A stretch of DNA of 47,795 bases. Source: a virus. The notes beneath the pieces were generated by a model that was given only the letters and a program-made list of their open reading frames with translations, had not been told where the DNA came from and searched no databases. Shown here one piece after another: positions 34,579 to 44,086 of the stretch (position 1 is its first letter; each line of letters starts with the position of its first letter). Where the stretch lies: IMG/VR virus record IMGVR_UViG_3300037088_000099, positions 1 to 47,795 of that record, one strand, 5' to 3'. The translations under genes were made by a program, and so were the position numbers.

Positions 34579-36947
34579 TAGTCAATTTCTCCGTCTGCAT
34601 AGGTACCTGTGAGCATTACTTTGACGATTGCGCCATTGAAGTTTGTGGATGTGATGCTAAGTTGCGGAGCCTCGACAGTTGCGATACCGAATGGAGTATA
34701 GTAAGTCTTCTGGTTATTTGTGCCATCTAACGTGATATTGCCGAGCGAAATCACAGTTCCCGCTACATCCGTAATCGTACAAGCCAGCGTTCCAGTCCCA
34801 TATGCTTTCACAACTGCTCTGCGAAGTGTGCATTTACGAGTAAATCCGAGCTTAATCTCCTCTGAGCGGAATACAAGATTTAAATTCCCCGGAGGCAATG
34901 TAATATCCGTAGTATCCGCTGTGGGCGTATTTACCAGATTGTAGTAAATGAATGTTCTACTATATGATACCTCACTCACCGTGTATGTAAAATTAATATA
35001 CACAAGCAACACTGGTAAATTAGTAACACTAACAATCGCTGTAGCAGGATTCAAAGCATTTAAGAATACTGATGCTGTTTGAATTGAGTTTACTACCACA
35101 TTCGAGGCTCCCGATACAAACTCTGCGAGTAAATCCGTAATCGCACGAGTAACAGAAGTCCATGCTTTAAGTGCGGGATTATAGAACCAAAATATGATAT
35201 TCCCAGCGGAGTTAGCAGTTGCCGCGATAAACACATATTCCATGCCTGGAATAGAGTCATTGAATGGATAAAGATTTACGCCAGCGGTAATCAAGCTATT
35301 CGGAAGCGCAGACAACGCAGGATTTACATTAAAGCTGTTAAATATCGCAGCTTTTGCCTGATCTGCAATAGAAGTAAACATCCCACCGTAGAAGGTATAA
35401 ACATCGCTATCTGTTACTAGAAATACAAACCGTCCAAATTGCTTGAGCGTATATGGGAAAATTAATCCCTGCCCGATAGTTGAGTTCCAGTATGTAGTAA
35501 AATTCCAAGGCCCAATAGCTACGCCAGTGGCAGTAATTTGAGTAACGCCAGTTCGCTTGAAAATGTATCCCACATTATCAACAGCGATAAATCCTGAAAT
35601 GTAATCCTCTACCGAAGTAAGTAATTGAAATCCGGCAGTCCGATTAATAGAAGGGTCCCAAATACTAAACGCATCGGGAGAACTCCAACTTACAAGCGTA
35701 GGCTGCACGCCATCCACAGTTGAGTTACAATTTAATTGAAGCATGTATTCATCAAGTATGTCGATGAATTGACCTGCGGTATATGTTGTGGCTACAACGT
35801 AACTGGTTCTAGGCGTATATGCATACAGTGTACTCGTACTATACACACTAATATACGCAACACCAGCCACAACCTTAACTGCTACTGGAAGTCCGTGAGT
35901 AAGAGTAGGCCCATCCGTAGCACTAAGATCAAATTGAAACTTAATCGTGCCATCTGTCTGTAGCGTGGCAATATACGCATTCCCGTACTGATCTACAGCA
36001 CAGAGATAATTTGCACAATTAAAGATCAAACACGCGACAGCATTTATCCAGTATCCCGCGGGAATAATAGGAAATGGTATTGCGGTATTAAAGTACGCTG
36101 CCGTGCCACCTGTATCCGCAGTATATATCGTGGGTATGTTACAAGAGACGACAATCGTAGTAGTATTTGGAGTCTCTTGAGCTACATAAGTACCATTTAA
36201 TCCAGCCTCGGTGGCGCTGGTATATGTAAATGACATTCCGAAATAAAAATTTGCTGGCAATGCAGAAACAGCGAAACTCAATACTGTAGCATAAGCACCT
36301 ACAACAAGCGAGGGCGTCGCTGAAGTAACTGTAAACGTGCTATTAGTAGGAGTAGTTGGTATGGAGGTATTTTGCGTGAAATATGTTAATACGCCAGTTA
36401 CAGGTGGAGCTATACCGCCTGATTCTACTGCTACCAAAACTCCGCCATACGGGAGTACAGATGATATAGGTATCACTAAACCACTAATAAAAGTAGTACC
36501 ATTTGGTATCGCAGTAACTACTTGTAGTAGATAAATAGGCACAGGATAGCCAGTAGGTGTATATGTATAAATAAATGTCTGCCCGACTGTTACGATGCTA
36601 CTATCTGGTACTGTAAATGTTCCAGTACCAAAATAGCCATAAGGAGAAAACAAGCTAAATCTGCCCAAAAAATCGCTAAAAGCACAACTAACGCCAGTAA
36701 GCGTTTGTACAACCGGCGGATCACTCGGAGGCGTAGTCGGTGGAATAAGCTCCAAATCCCACTTGCTATTCTGACTCGCTATATTCGAGTAACACATCAA
36801 TCCATTCCGCAGCACAACTCCATCCTGCGTAACACATTGATTCGGATCAATATCCACCGGACTCTTGTTCGACGCAACTCCGCCCCACGGTTCTTCGTAG
36901 TAAATCTCGAAGTGATTTCCGGTTGTTTTACGAAGACCGCTAGGCAT
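34578..36947 (-). CDS. tail tube or nozzle protein (T7 gp12-like)
   Basis: 789 aa, close to T7 gp12 (794 aa). N-terminal GGVASNKSPVDIDPNQCVTQDG resembles the gp12 GGISQQPDILRYPDQGSRQVNG block (recalled, not searched). Position after capsid and small adaptor-sized genes fits. Confidence 0.55.
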   Translation of the reverse strand: MPSGLRKTTGNHFEIYYEEPWGGVASNKSPVDIDPNQCVTQDGVVLRNGLMCYSNIASQNSKWDLELIPPTTPPSDPPVVQTLTGVSCAFSDFLGRFSLFSPYGYFGTGTFTVPDSSIVTVGQTFIYTYTPTGYPVPIYLLQVVTAIPNGTTFISGLVIPISSVLPYGGVLVAVESGGIAPPVTGVLTYFTQNTSIPTTPTNSTFTVTSATPSLVVGAYATVLSFAVSALPANFYFGMSFTYTSATEAGLNGTYVAQETPNTTTIVVSCNIPTIYTADTGGTAAYFNTAIPFPIIPAGYWINAVACLIFNCANYLCAVDQYGNAYIATLQTDGTIKFQFDLSATDGPTLTHGLPVAVKVVAGVAYISVYSTSTLYAYTPRTSYVVATTYTAGQFIDILDEYMLQLNCNSTVDGVQPTLVSWSSPDAFSIWDPSINRTAGFQLLTSVEDYISGFIAVDNVGYIFKRTGVTQITATGVAIGPWNFTTYWNSTIGQGLIFPYTLKQFGRFVFLVTDSDVYTFYGGMFTSIADQAKAAIFNSFNVNPALSALPNSLITAGVNLYPFNDSIPGMEYVFIAATANSAGNIIFWFYNPALKAWTSVTRAITDLLAEFVSGASNVVVNSIQTASVFLNALNPATAIVSVTNLPVLLVYINFTYTVSEVSYSRTFIYYNLVNTPTADTTDITLPPGNLNLVFRSEEIKLGFTRKCTLRRAVVKAYGTGTLACTITDVAGTVISLGNITLDGTNNQKTYYTPFGIATVEAPQLSITSTNFNGAIVKVMLTGTYADGEID

Positions 36948-36959
36948 AGTTTTGTCCTA

Positions 36960-37229
36960 TTACTTATTGATAAAGACCGAAAGAGTACCAGCCGACATAG
37001 TAGTAACCACCAACCCATTAACCCAACCGAGTGTCCCAGTAGGAAACGGATCAGTAGTAGCGGCTACTTTGTTGATAATAACATTCCCATTCTGATCCTT
37101 TACAACCAGTTGCGCTGCCGCTGTCGGGTCATTCCAGATCATTTCCTTAATATAAATCCGCCCTGGCCATACAATACTAGCGCTCGCGGTATCCAAATAC
37201 CAAGGATTCGCACTGATGTTATTTGCCAT
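36960..37229 (-). CDS. small virion protein, hypothetical
   Basis: 89-aa ORF between the capsid and nozzle genes. Confidence 0.5.
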   Translation of the reverse strand: MANNISANPWYLDTASASIVWPGRIYIKEMIWNDPTAAAQLVVKDQNGNVIINKVAATTDPFPTGTLGWVNGLVVTTMSAGTLSVFINK

Positions 37230-37237
37230 TTAATCTC

Positions 37238-37510
37238 CTAGATGAATATATCATCATTACTTCCGTCAAGTGACGGCATGGTTAGTTTTGGATCGGGCAT
37301 TAAATCTGGTTCAAAAATAAATGTGCTCTCGGCATCCGCGATTGCTTTGTCGATTTGTCCAATTAGCGGGTATGCATCAAAGCATTTCGCGTCCAGCAAT
37401 TTTCCACGTTGCCATTGTAACTTCGTAATCGGAGTACGATCCCCGCATCTCCCACAGAATGCCCACGCACCCTCATTAGATGTATGTTTATTCGGAAGTC
37501 CGTAGCTCAT
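37238..37510 (-). CDS. small protein with CGRCG motif, hypothetical
   Basis: 90-aa ORF between the capsid and nozzle genes. Confidence 0.5.
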   Translation of the reverse strand: MSYGLPNKHTSNEGAWAFCGRCGDRTPITKLQWQRGKLLDAKCFDAYPLIGQIDKAIADAESTFIFEPDLMPDPKLTMPSLDGSNDDIFI

Positions 37511-37518
37511 ACATCCTC

Positions 37519-37881
37519 CTACAGATAATTATCAATAAGCACATTTCGTGTAAGTCCTGTCCATGCGCAGACATTATTAATATACTCTTCCGTGTTATTC
37601 TCCACCGGAGGAGCATACTTATAAATCATATCCGCAATCGAAAGCCCAGCATAATGCTGTTTCAGTAGCGCGCGCATCGCAGCGAATCCTGCTTCCACAG
37701 TTGGAAAATACGCAAATCTCGGAGTCCGCGGAGGCGGAATAGTCTCAATCCTCAACGCCCCAAACGAATGCGCAAACGCTCCAAACTCAATATCTCCCGG
37801 ATTATTATTCCTTGTCGCCCGCCCACCAACCACCCCAAAGCCTTCCATTCTCGCAATAGCTTCACAAATTGTCACATTCAT
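37519..37881 (-). CDS. hypothetical protein with RNNNPGDI motif (possible cell-wall-active protein)
   Basis: ATG at 37881 with GGAGAT upstream, about 20 nt past the terminator. The ORF track's longer GTG start at 37911 lies inside that hairpin. Confidence 0.5.
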   Translation of the reverse strand: MNVTICEAIARMEGFGVVGGRATRNNNPGDIEFGAFAHSFGALRIETIPPPRTPRFAYFPTVEAGFAAMRALLKQHYAGLSIADMIYKYAPPVENNTEEYINNVCAWTGLTRNVLIDNYL

Positions 37882-37899
37882 ACAATCTCCATTCCCCAA

Positions 37900-37943
37900 G
37901 AAAAACCCCACTAGACGGGGGAGAGGGCCAAATCTAGTGGGGC
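37900..37943 (-). terminator. intrinsic terminator or attenuator after the major capsid gene
   Basis: 10-bp stem CCCCACTAGA / TCTAGTGGGG with a 17-nt loop, followed on the - strand by a U5 tract; about 80 nt past the capsid stop. Confidence 0.5.
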
Positions 37944-38020
37944 CGACGTACTATGAATCAAAGAACTCTGTGAAGAGGTTTGGTCATAGTACGTCTAGCT
38001 CCGCTGGTTTTTACGGTAAA

Positions 38021-38980
38021 TTAAGCGCCGTTGCTGCCCCAAGTTCCCAGCCAATCTGTAGCACCCGCAGACATACGCATCGTAGTTTTCTGCTTCATCG
38101 CACCTGTGTCAAAGTCCTCATCGAACTCGTCCTCAGGATTCTGCCGCATGAAAACAGTAAGCGAATGATTCTTCTTGTCCGCAGTCATAAACCACGGGCC
38201 GGCGTTCGTGAAATAATGACACACCATGTAGCTCAGGTCTTCCCCAAGCAACGAGTTAATATCATTAGTATCCGTTGCAGGCTTCCCGCTAGAGCCAAAA
38301 ATCTCACGCGCGAGAAAACGATTCTCAGGAGCAATTAGCACCTTTGTGGGCTTCAGATTAATCGGCAAGCCCTGAGAATCAACCAACCGCTCAAACTGCG
38401 TAGTGCCAAGCTGCACGCCAGTGAAAGACAAATCAATATCAGTTGCAGGACGATTCGGGAAAGTCCCGGCTGCGCTGATAAGATTTGGCAAACTAGCCCA
38501 CGTCGAAGTAGCAGAAGGGCCACCAAGCAGTGGATGTGCATTATTGAACAACGAAATACCATCAGTAGTCGTTACATTCGCGGAAAATCCCTGGTTCAGG
38601 ATATTGAACGCAACAATTTCCTTAGTATATCGAATAGACCGCGCCAGTGCTTTCGGAGCCGTCTTAATAACGCCGTACTTCGCATCCTGCCAAAGTTCCT
38701 TGGAAGTCCGCACAGCAAGCGCGTATGTCAGATGGTAATATCGCTTATCGCCACCCTGAATCATTTCAGTATACGCTACGGGCGTATTTTCCGGCTTTTC
38801 CTGAAGCGGGCCAAATCCAGCCATCTTCAAGTCCTGCTCATACTCGGAGTCCGAGGTTTTCACATTAAAAATTGCCTGATACTCTTCAGCACGCTGTTCC
38901 GTCTCAAGTGCATCAACATAGATTTTGTGCAAACCTGGGGCCATAAGTTTGGCAAATGCTCCACGAACTTGTGTTCCCAT
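38021..38980 (-). CDS. major capsid protein (candidate)
   Basis: 319 aa, in the position expected for the capsid gene (after portal and scaffold-like genes, before the nozzle gene) and followed by a terminator. Size fits an HK97-fold capsid protein. Confidence 0.6.
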   Translation of the reverse strand: MGTQVRGAFAKLMAPGLHKIYVDALETEQRAEEYQAIFNVKTSDSEYEQDLKMAGFGPLQEKPENTPVAYTEMIQGGDKRYYHLTYALAVRTSKELWQDAKYGVIKTAPKALARSIRYTKEIVAFNILNQGFSANVTTTDGISLFNNAHPLLGGPSATSTWASLPNLISAAGTFPNRPATDIDLSFTGVQLGTTQFERLVDSQGLPINLKPTKVLIAPENRFLAREIFGSSGKPATDTNDINSLLGEDLSYMVCHYFTNAGPWFMTADKKNHSLTVFMRQNPEDEFDEDFDTGAMKQKTTMRMSAGATDWLGTWGSNGA

Positions 38981-39008
38981 AATTTATATCCTTCTTAGTG
39001 CTGAATTG

Positions 39009-39659
39009 TTAGAGTACGATTTGAGCTGCTGTGGAGAGAACCTGAAAGCGTACGCGAGCGTTCACAATATAAACACCGCCAACTGCTGTCTGGTCAATAG
39101 GATTAATATCAACTAACGTAACAACAGTATTTGTTCCGGCAGTGACCTTCGCAGCATCGACATACCATTGACCACTAGCATCAATCGTGAGGCCAAATTG
39201 TGTGCCAATCATAGCCTGTGTAGGAGTATAATTTGCGGCCGTAGTACCAGTCGAATCATCGAACGTAGCTTCAAAAATACTCGGCGCAACAGAATTCTCA
39301 AACAACGTACGCCCATCTGTAGTCGGAGTACCAACTGCGATATTAAAAGCACTCGGCTGATTAGGCACATTGCCATACGTCTGAATAGCAGTAGGTGGCC
39401 CAACTTGTCCAAATGCCCCTGGAGCACCCTTGCCTGCCGTACCAAGATTTGATCCCGGAATAAGAGTAAACCCGGCAATCGCATTCGTGACTGTAGTCCC
39501 ATCCCATGCCTGAACAAATCCAGACACAAGCTCTACGGGGGTTCCCATTTTAAAAGTCTGCCCCGCTGCTTCAAGTTGAGCCGAAGTCAATGGCGTAAGA
39601 CCTGTAATAGTCTCCACCACGGAAATCGGCTGATGATAAGTAAGATTCGGTCCTGCCAT
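39009..39659 (-). CDS. Gly/Thr/Ala-rich head protein (decoration or minor capsid candidate)
   Basis: 216-aa ORF immediately upstream of the capsid candidate. Confidence 0.5.
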   Translation of the reverse strand: MAGPNLTYHQPISVVETITGLTPLTSAQLEAAGQTFKMGTPVELVSGFVQAWDGTTVTNAIAGFTLIPGSNLGTAGKGAPGAFGQVGPPTAIQTYGNVPNQPSAFNIAVGTPTTDGRTLFENSVAPSIFEATFDDSTGTTAANYTPTQAMIGTQFGLTIDASGQWYVDAAKVTAGTNTVVTLVDINPIDQTAVGGVYIVNARVRFQVLSTAAQIVL

Positions 39660-39675
39660 AGTTAAAACCTCGCTG

Positions 39676-40413
39676 TTAAATTGTTACGTCTGGAGAATAA
39701 AACTCCATCTTGTTCTGCGTTTTCGCACCCTGATAATCATTTCGGCTATCAGATTTTGACATAAACTGTTCTGCACCCCGCGCTGCGCGTTTATGAATCT
39801 CTGTGTTCTTCGTAAGCCCCACAGCACGCTCGTGCGCAAATCGTAATGCCCTGTAATATGTATCCTTATCAATTTTCATTGCTACAACATCGTTGATTGA
39901 ATAATGTCCATCTGCATCGAGAGAGGGTTGAATTGCTCTCTTACTTGCCTCATCATGCAAATCATTTGGCTCAATATAAGTAAAACCCTTCCCCATAAGC
40001 TCGCCAATTCGCTGTGGATTCTTATTCACCCATCGCGGTTCATAATTGGCATCTTTGAGTGTAATAGCAAGCCCATCAGCACTCATAAAGGGCTTGGCTT
40101 CTATTGGGAAATCAAGATCATAAACTTGATCGAGAGTTACTTTTGAGAAATCTGTAATTGGTGCTGCGCGTTTTGGGAGAACCTGCCCAACAAGTCCCGC
40201 ATCAAACTTTGCTTCCGCGATCTGTTTACGCACACTCGCCTCAATATCCTGCGAGAGTTTCAAAACATCCGCTGCTGTTAAAGGCTTATTCGCATCATCA
40301 ACTACAAGTGGCGGTTTAGCAAGCACATGCTTCACAGTAGCAGCCGCTGCTTTCATATCATCACCGCGCAAATCCGCGGTGATTTCCTCAACATCCTGCT
40401 TGTTATTAGACAT
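39676..40413 (-). CDS. head morphogenesis protein, hypothetical
   Basis: 245-aa ORF between the scaffold-like and capsid genes. Confidence 0.5.
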   Translation of the reverse strand: MSNNKQDVEEITADLRGDDMKAAAATVKHVLAKPPLVVDDANKPLTAADVLKLSQDIEASVRKQIAEAKFDAGLVGQVLPKRAAPITDFSKVTLDQVYDLDFPIEAKPFMSADGLAITLKDANYEPRWVNKNPQRIGELMGKGFTYIEPNDLHDEASKRAIQPSLDADGHYSINDVVAMKIDKDTYYRALRFAHERAVGLTKNTEIHKRAARGAEQFMSKSDSRNDYQGAKTQNKMEFYSPDVTI

Positions 40414-41122
40414 AAGTCATCTCCCGTTTACTAGCTCCCCACTCCTTCTCACTCATACCAAAATTCTTAGCAATCTTCTTTTCATCCTCAGTGAGTGTTG
40501 TAGAATCCTCGCCAGCTTTTCCACCACTCGGTGCTCCTGTAGAACCGCCCTCGAAAATTCCGCTTGTATTGCGAGCTTTGATTTTTCCCTCAGTGATTTC
40601 TTTCTGATGGTCAAAGCAAGCAATCTTGTAGCAATTCTCAAGCGAACCAGAGTTTGAACGCTGTGCAAGCGGAAGAGACTCGATCAAAGCATCTGTGCGC
40701 TCTTTTACCGCGCCGTGATAATACTCTTTCTCCCCAAGCGTCTCACGCTTTGCTTCCCGCGATGCAAGCATCATCAATGCACGATTCGTTCCCTGCAATT
40801 TTTCATCAATCGCAGATTCAGGATCAAGCATCATTCGCTCACCAAAATCTCCCTGCTCTTCTTTTTTAGCAACAGCCGCACGTTTAGCCTCAGCCGCAGC
40901 ACGCTCCGCACGCTCAGTTTTCATCAACTCAGCCATTTCCTGCATAGGCTTCATTGCTTCCGCTTGCTTAGTTTCCAGCGCAGTAAACTTCTCAGCAAGC
41001 GTCTTATCAAGATTTTCCTGAAATTCCTTTGGCTTGAACTCTACATCTTCAAGCCCCACATTATCATCATCCGCTCTGGGCGCTAACGACCCATCTTTCT
41101 GTCTAAACCATCCCATAGTCAT
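40406..41122 (-). CDS. scaffold-like coiled-coil protein (candidate)
   Basis: 238 aa, highly charged Ala/Glu/Lys-rich helical sequence, directly downstream of the portal gene. Confidence 0.5.
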   Translation of the reverse strand: MTMGWFRQKDGSLAPRADDDNVGLEDVEFKPKEFQENLDKTLAEKFTALETKQAEAMKPMQEMAELMKTERAERAAAEAKRAAVAKKEEQGDFGERMMLDPESAIDEKLQGTNRALMMLASREAKRETLGEKEYYHGAVKERTDALIESLPLAQRSNSGSLENCYKIACFDHQKEITEGKIKARNTSGIFEGGSTGAPSGGKAGEDSTTLTEDEKKIAKNFGMSEKEWGASKREMTYV

Positions 41123-41126
41123 CTCC

Positions 41127-41435
41127 CTATTGCTGATTTGGTGCTACTCTAAAAGCATTCATAAAAGCAACTAAGCCAATAATATCATCATACACTTGCA
41201 ACTGCCCCCGGAGATACGCCTTATCCTCCGGGGTTGCATCCTGCTTATCAAAGAAATCATCCTTATACTGATCCGCCTGTGCCAGCAGGTACTCCAGCAG
41301 AAATTGTCCCGCTGGTAGTTGGAATAGCGCCTTGATTGCTAACTTGGCCCCCATTAACTGCTTGAGGGCTTCCTCCTCCGGGAGATTGCGCACTTTGGGG
41401 TTGGCCAGGAGCGCTTTGCTGTGCATTAGGTTCAT
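41127..41435 (-). CDS. hypothetical protein overlapping the portal 3' end
   Basis: 102-aa ORF with protein-like composition, but it overlaps the portal C-terminal coding region by about 170 nt in another frame. Confidence 0.3.
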   Translation of the reverse strand: MNLMHSKALLANPKVRNLPEEEALKQLMGAKLAIKALFQLPAGQFLLEYLLAQADQYKDDFFDKQDATPEDKAYLRGQLQVYDDIIGLVAFMNAFRVAPNQQ

Positions 41436-43233
41436 TTTGTCTCCCTTGCTTGATAATCGAAGGAACTGGAATTAGCCGTGCTGCATCATCGTGGCCAAAG
41501 TTTTGTACAATTTCTTTATAAAGCGATTGCTTTGCACGAAGCACATCTATGTAATAAGCACTCAAATCAGGCGGTATTCCAGGAGTTCCAAGTGCTTGCA
41601 CCATCTGAGCATCCTGCGTATACAACTGCGTGAGCGTTTGAGAGAGCATAATATCATTCTGCTTCTCCAATTCCTTATTCATCGACGCCGTAGACGCACG
41701 TACCGATAAACCAAGTTTTCCAGATTTGATATTCTCAAACGCATCTCGGAGTGCTTCTGCATTATCACCGAATTGACGCAGCTTTTTTCCGAGACCGAAA
41801 CTAGCATACATCTTTGCGAACTTGGTTCCCGCCCTGCTGTGAGCACTTCGCATATCGGACATGCGCAGCCCAGTTCTAGAATTCTGCTGTTGTAGGACTG
41901 CGAAAGTCCCTTGGCTGCTATAAATTCCTCGTTTGCTATTGACAATCCCGCCACCTGTACCTCCTGTAGCTGGGTCAATTCCGGTGCGCTCTTTTACAAG
42001 AGCGAGTGAGATATTCTCGCCATCCAGATTATCAGCTTGTAAATTTCCAGTATCAAGTCGCTCTATTTCATTTTGATCTGCTGGTACTAAAACACCGGGA
42101 TAGAACTGTAATATTGAATGCAACTTACTATTCTTATTAATACGAAATGTTGTACTATTTGCTAACGTCTTCGCATTAATTCGCTGCCGATGCAGCTCAG
42201 AAATCTCATCCTGATACGCTTTCAACATCTCAGCAAAACCATAACCATAATACTGGTCATCATCATATGCGAGCTTAGCATCCTCGAATATATCCATGTT
42301 ATCTGGATAGTAATTATAGAATGCCGCTAATCTCGTTTTGCTCGCTGGATGATGCAAGCATACAAGCCGAAGATTCTCCCCATTATGTTGATACCGATAC
42401 CAGCATTCATAAATATCATACTCGTCAGAAAGAGAGCCAGAACCAGTATCTTGCAAGCCCTGATTGCGCTCGTTATAATTTTGAAGCACATCCGACTGTG
42501 AACGATCTGGCTGCGCGATAATCTTATCTAGTGCTTTATCATCAAAGAATTTAAGTGCCTTCTTATCCTCCAGCGTCTTCCGCGAGCATGTCATTATATG
42601 ACATTTGAACTTAGAATCTTCGAGTTTCTGATACGAAATATCTGTAAGAAACTTATTCAGTGGCACATTCTCAGGACGTGGGCCATCAAAACGAATAACA
42701 TCCTTCGTCTCATATTTCGCCGCTGCCGAGTCCATATCCCCTGTGGAAACATACTGAGTCTCCACATGATACAGCCACGGGAATTTAATAATCCCTGTGC
42801 CATTACGAATCGTGGAGGAGAACCATGCTTCCTCTACACGATAAAAATCTAACTCAGCAGGATCAAGTGCCATGTTGCTAAGAAATTTCTCGGTAGCAGA
42901 ACGCTGGTCATCTCCCTTTCCTGCTTCAATATCACCATAAATCTTTGCTGACCACAGCGGATCAGTCATGTACATAGCCATTACTCGCGCGAGTAGATTA
43001 TCAGAATTCGAGGCTACGATTTGAATTTCAATATTCGATGCGCCCGGCCACGGAATATCACGGTTCTCCGTGAGAGGAGTGCCTTTGTACAATCTGGCAA
43101 ACTCTTTTAGCTTACTCTCACGGAAATTCCGCGTGCGCTCATACCAGTAAGTAGTAGTTTCCTCCACCCACTTCCACATATCCTCTGTGGCGTCCTTCCC
43201 GAAATTAATCTTGACTGGACGAATTGCTGGCAT
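41263..43233 (-). CDS. portal protein (candidate)
   Basis: 656 aa, downstream of the large terminase with small genes between; AAAGGGA upstream of the ATG. Gln/Gly/Ser-rich C-terminal tail. Confidence 0.6.
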   Translation of the reverse strand: MPAIRPVKINFGKDATEDMWKWVEETTTYWYERTRNFRESKLKEFARLYKGTPLTENRDIPWPGASNIEIQIVASNSDNLLARVMAMYMTDPLWSAKIYGDIEAGKGDDQRSATEKFLSNMALDPAELDFYRVEEAWFSSTIRNGTGIIKFPWLYHVETQYVSTGDMDSAAAKYETKDVIRFDGPRPENVPLNKFLTDISYQKLEDSKFKCHIMTCSRKTLEDKKALKFFDDKALDKIIAQPDRSQSDVLQNYNERNQGLQDTGSGSLSDEYDIYECWYRYQHNGENLRLVCLHHPASKTRLAAFYNYYPDNMDIFEDAKLAYDDDQYYGYGFAEMLKAYQDEISELHRQRINAKTLANSTTFRINKNSKLHSILQFYPGVLVPADQNEIERLDTGNLQADNLDGENISLALVKERTGIDPATGGTGGGIVNSKRGIYSSQGTFAVLQQQNSRTGLRMSDMRSAHSRAGTKFAKMYASFGLGKKLRQFGDNAEALRDAFENIKSGKLGLSVRASTASMNKELEKQNDIMLSQTLTQLYTQDAQMVQALGTPGIPPDLSAYYIDVLRAKQSLYKEIVQNFGHDDAARLIPVPSIIKQGRQNEPNAQQSAPGQPQSAQSPGGGSPQAVNGGQVSNQGAIPTTSGTISAGVPAGTGGSV

Positions 43234-43405
43234 TGTTTGTTATCCCTTTGATTCCAAGAAGTGTCGAACCAACACCAGCGAAGTAATATCCAATCGCCAT
43301 GTTGTAATGTACTGCAATTATCATAGAGGAGAAAAGAATCAACACACCCCAAAATGCGTGTGGAAGATTTCCAATCTCGGTTAAGAACTTTGTAATACTG
43401 TCCAT
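43205..43405 (-). CDS. small membrane protein, holin-like (two predicted TM helices)
   Basis: 66 aa with hydrophobic segments AFWGVLILFSSMIIAV and AIGYYFAGVGSTLLGI and a polar C-terminus. Confidence 0.45.
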   Translation of the reverse strand: MDSITKFLTEIGNLPHAFWGVLILFSSMIIAVHYNMAIGYYFAGVGSTLLGIKGITNNASNSSSQD

Positions 43406-43422
43406 TTTTTCTCCTTTCTTAA

Positions 43423-43818
43423 TTACGGAGTAGGGGACATTCCAGCAGCTACAGCACTTGCAGTGGGTGCGGCAACAGTAGTAACTACATCCACCTTAAT
43501 ATCCTCATACACCTTCTCTACCACTGGAATAAGCTGTGCTTCAATTACGTTCTTAAAGTATGCTTCTACATCAGCAACAATCGCAGTATCCGCTGTCCAA
43601 TTCAATCCCTCAGCTGCAATAACCGTGGCAATATCACCATCAATAGCAAGCGCACCATTCAATACCGCTTTAAGCATAGTATTGATTTTAGTGCGATCAG
43701 CTACGAGCGTATTAATCACCTTATCAGTTTTTGCGACGATAGTAAATACCTTCGCAATATCCTTTGCCAATACAACCGGACTGTCTACCACATCCTTCAA
43801 AATACTTGTCATACTCAT
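43423..43818 (-). CDS. hypothetical protein
   Basis: 131-aa ORF between the two small membrane-protein genes. Confidence 0.5.
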   Translation of the reverse strand: MSMTSILKDVVDSPVVLAKDIAKVFTIVAKTDKVINTLVADRTKINTMLKAVLNGALAIDGDIATVIAAEGLNWTADTAIVADVEAYFKNVIEAQLIPVVEKVYEDIKVDVVTTVAAPTASAVAAGMSPTP

Positions 43819-43819
43819 G

Positions 43820-44086
43820 TTATTCTCCTGTTGTTGTGATATGTTCTCTCAAAAATTGAGTGAGCAAAGTTCCTTGTGCTTGATTAGCTCGATCATGCCG
43901 TTCTAATGATTCAAGTCGCGCCTCAATCGTAGCTTTATACTCCGCATCCGTTCTTGCCATATCTGTTAGTGTCCCATTCATCTTAATAAGCAAATGAACA
44001 CAGAATGTGAAAAATGCACCCAATCCAGCAGTAAAAAGACTCGCCAGCCAAATCACTAAACTATCTGGCAATGTGACCATGTTCAT
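43820..44086 (-). CDS. small membrane protein with charged helical C-terminus
   Basis: 88 aa; one hydrophobic segment LVIWLASLFTAGLGAFFTFCV. Starts right after the terminase stop. Confidence 0.5.
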   Translation of the reverse strand: MNMVTLPDSLVIWLASLFTAGLGAFFTFCVHLLIKMNGTLTDMARTDAEYKATIEARLESLERHDRANQAQGTLLTQFLREHITTTGE

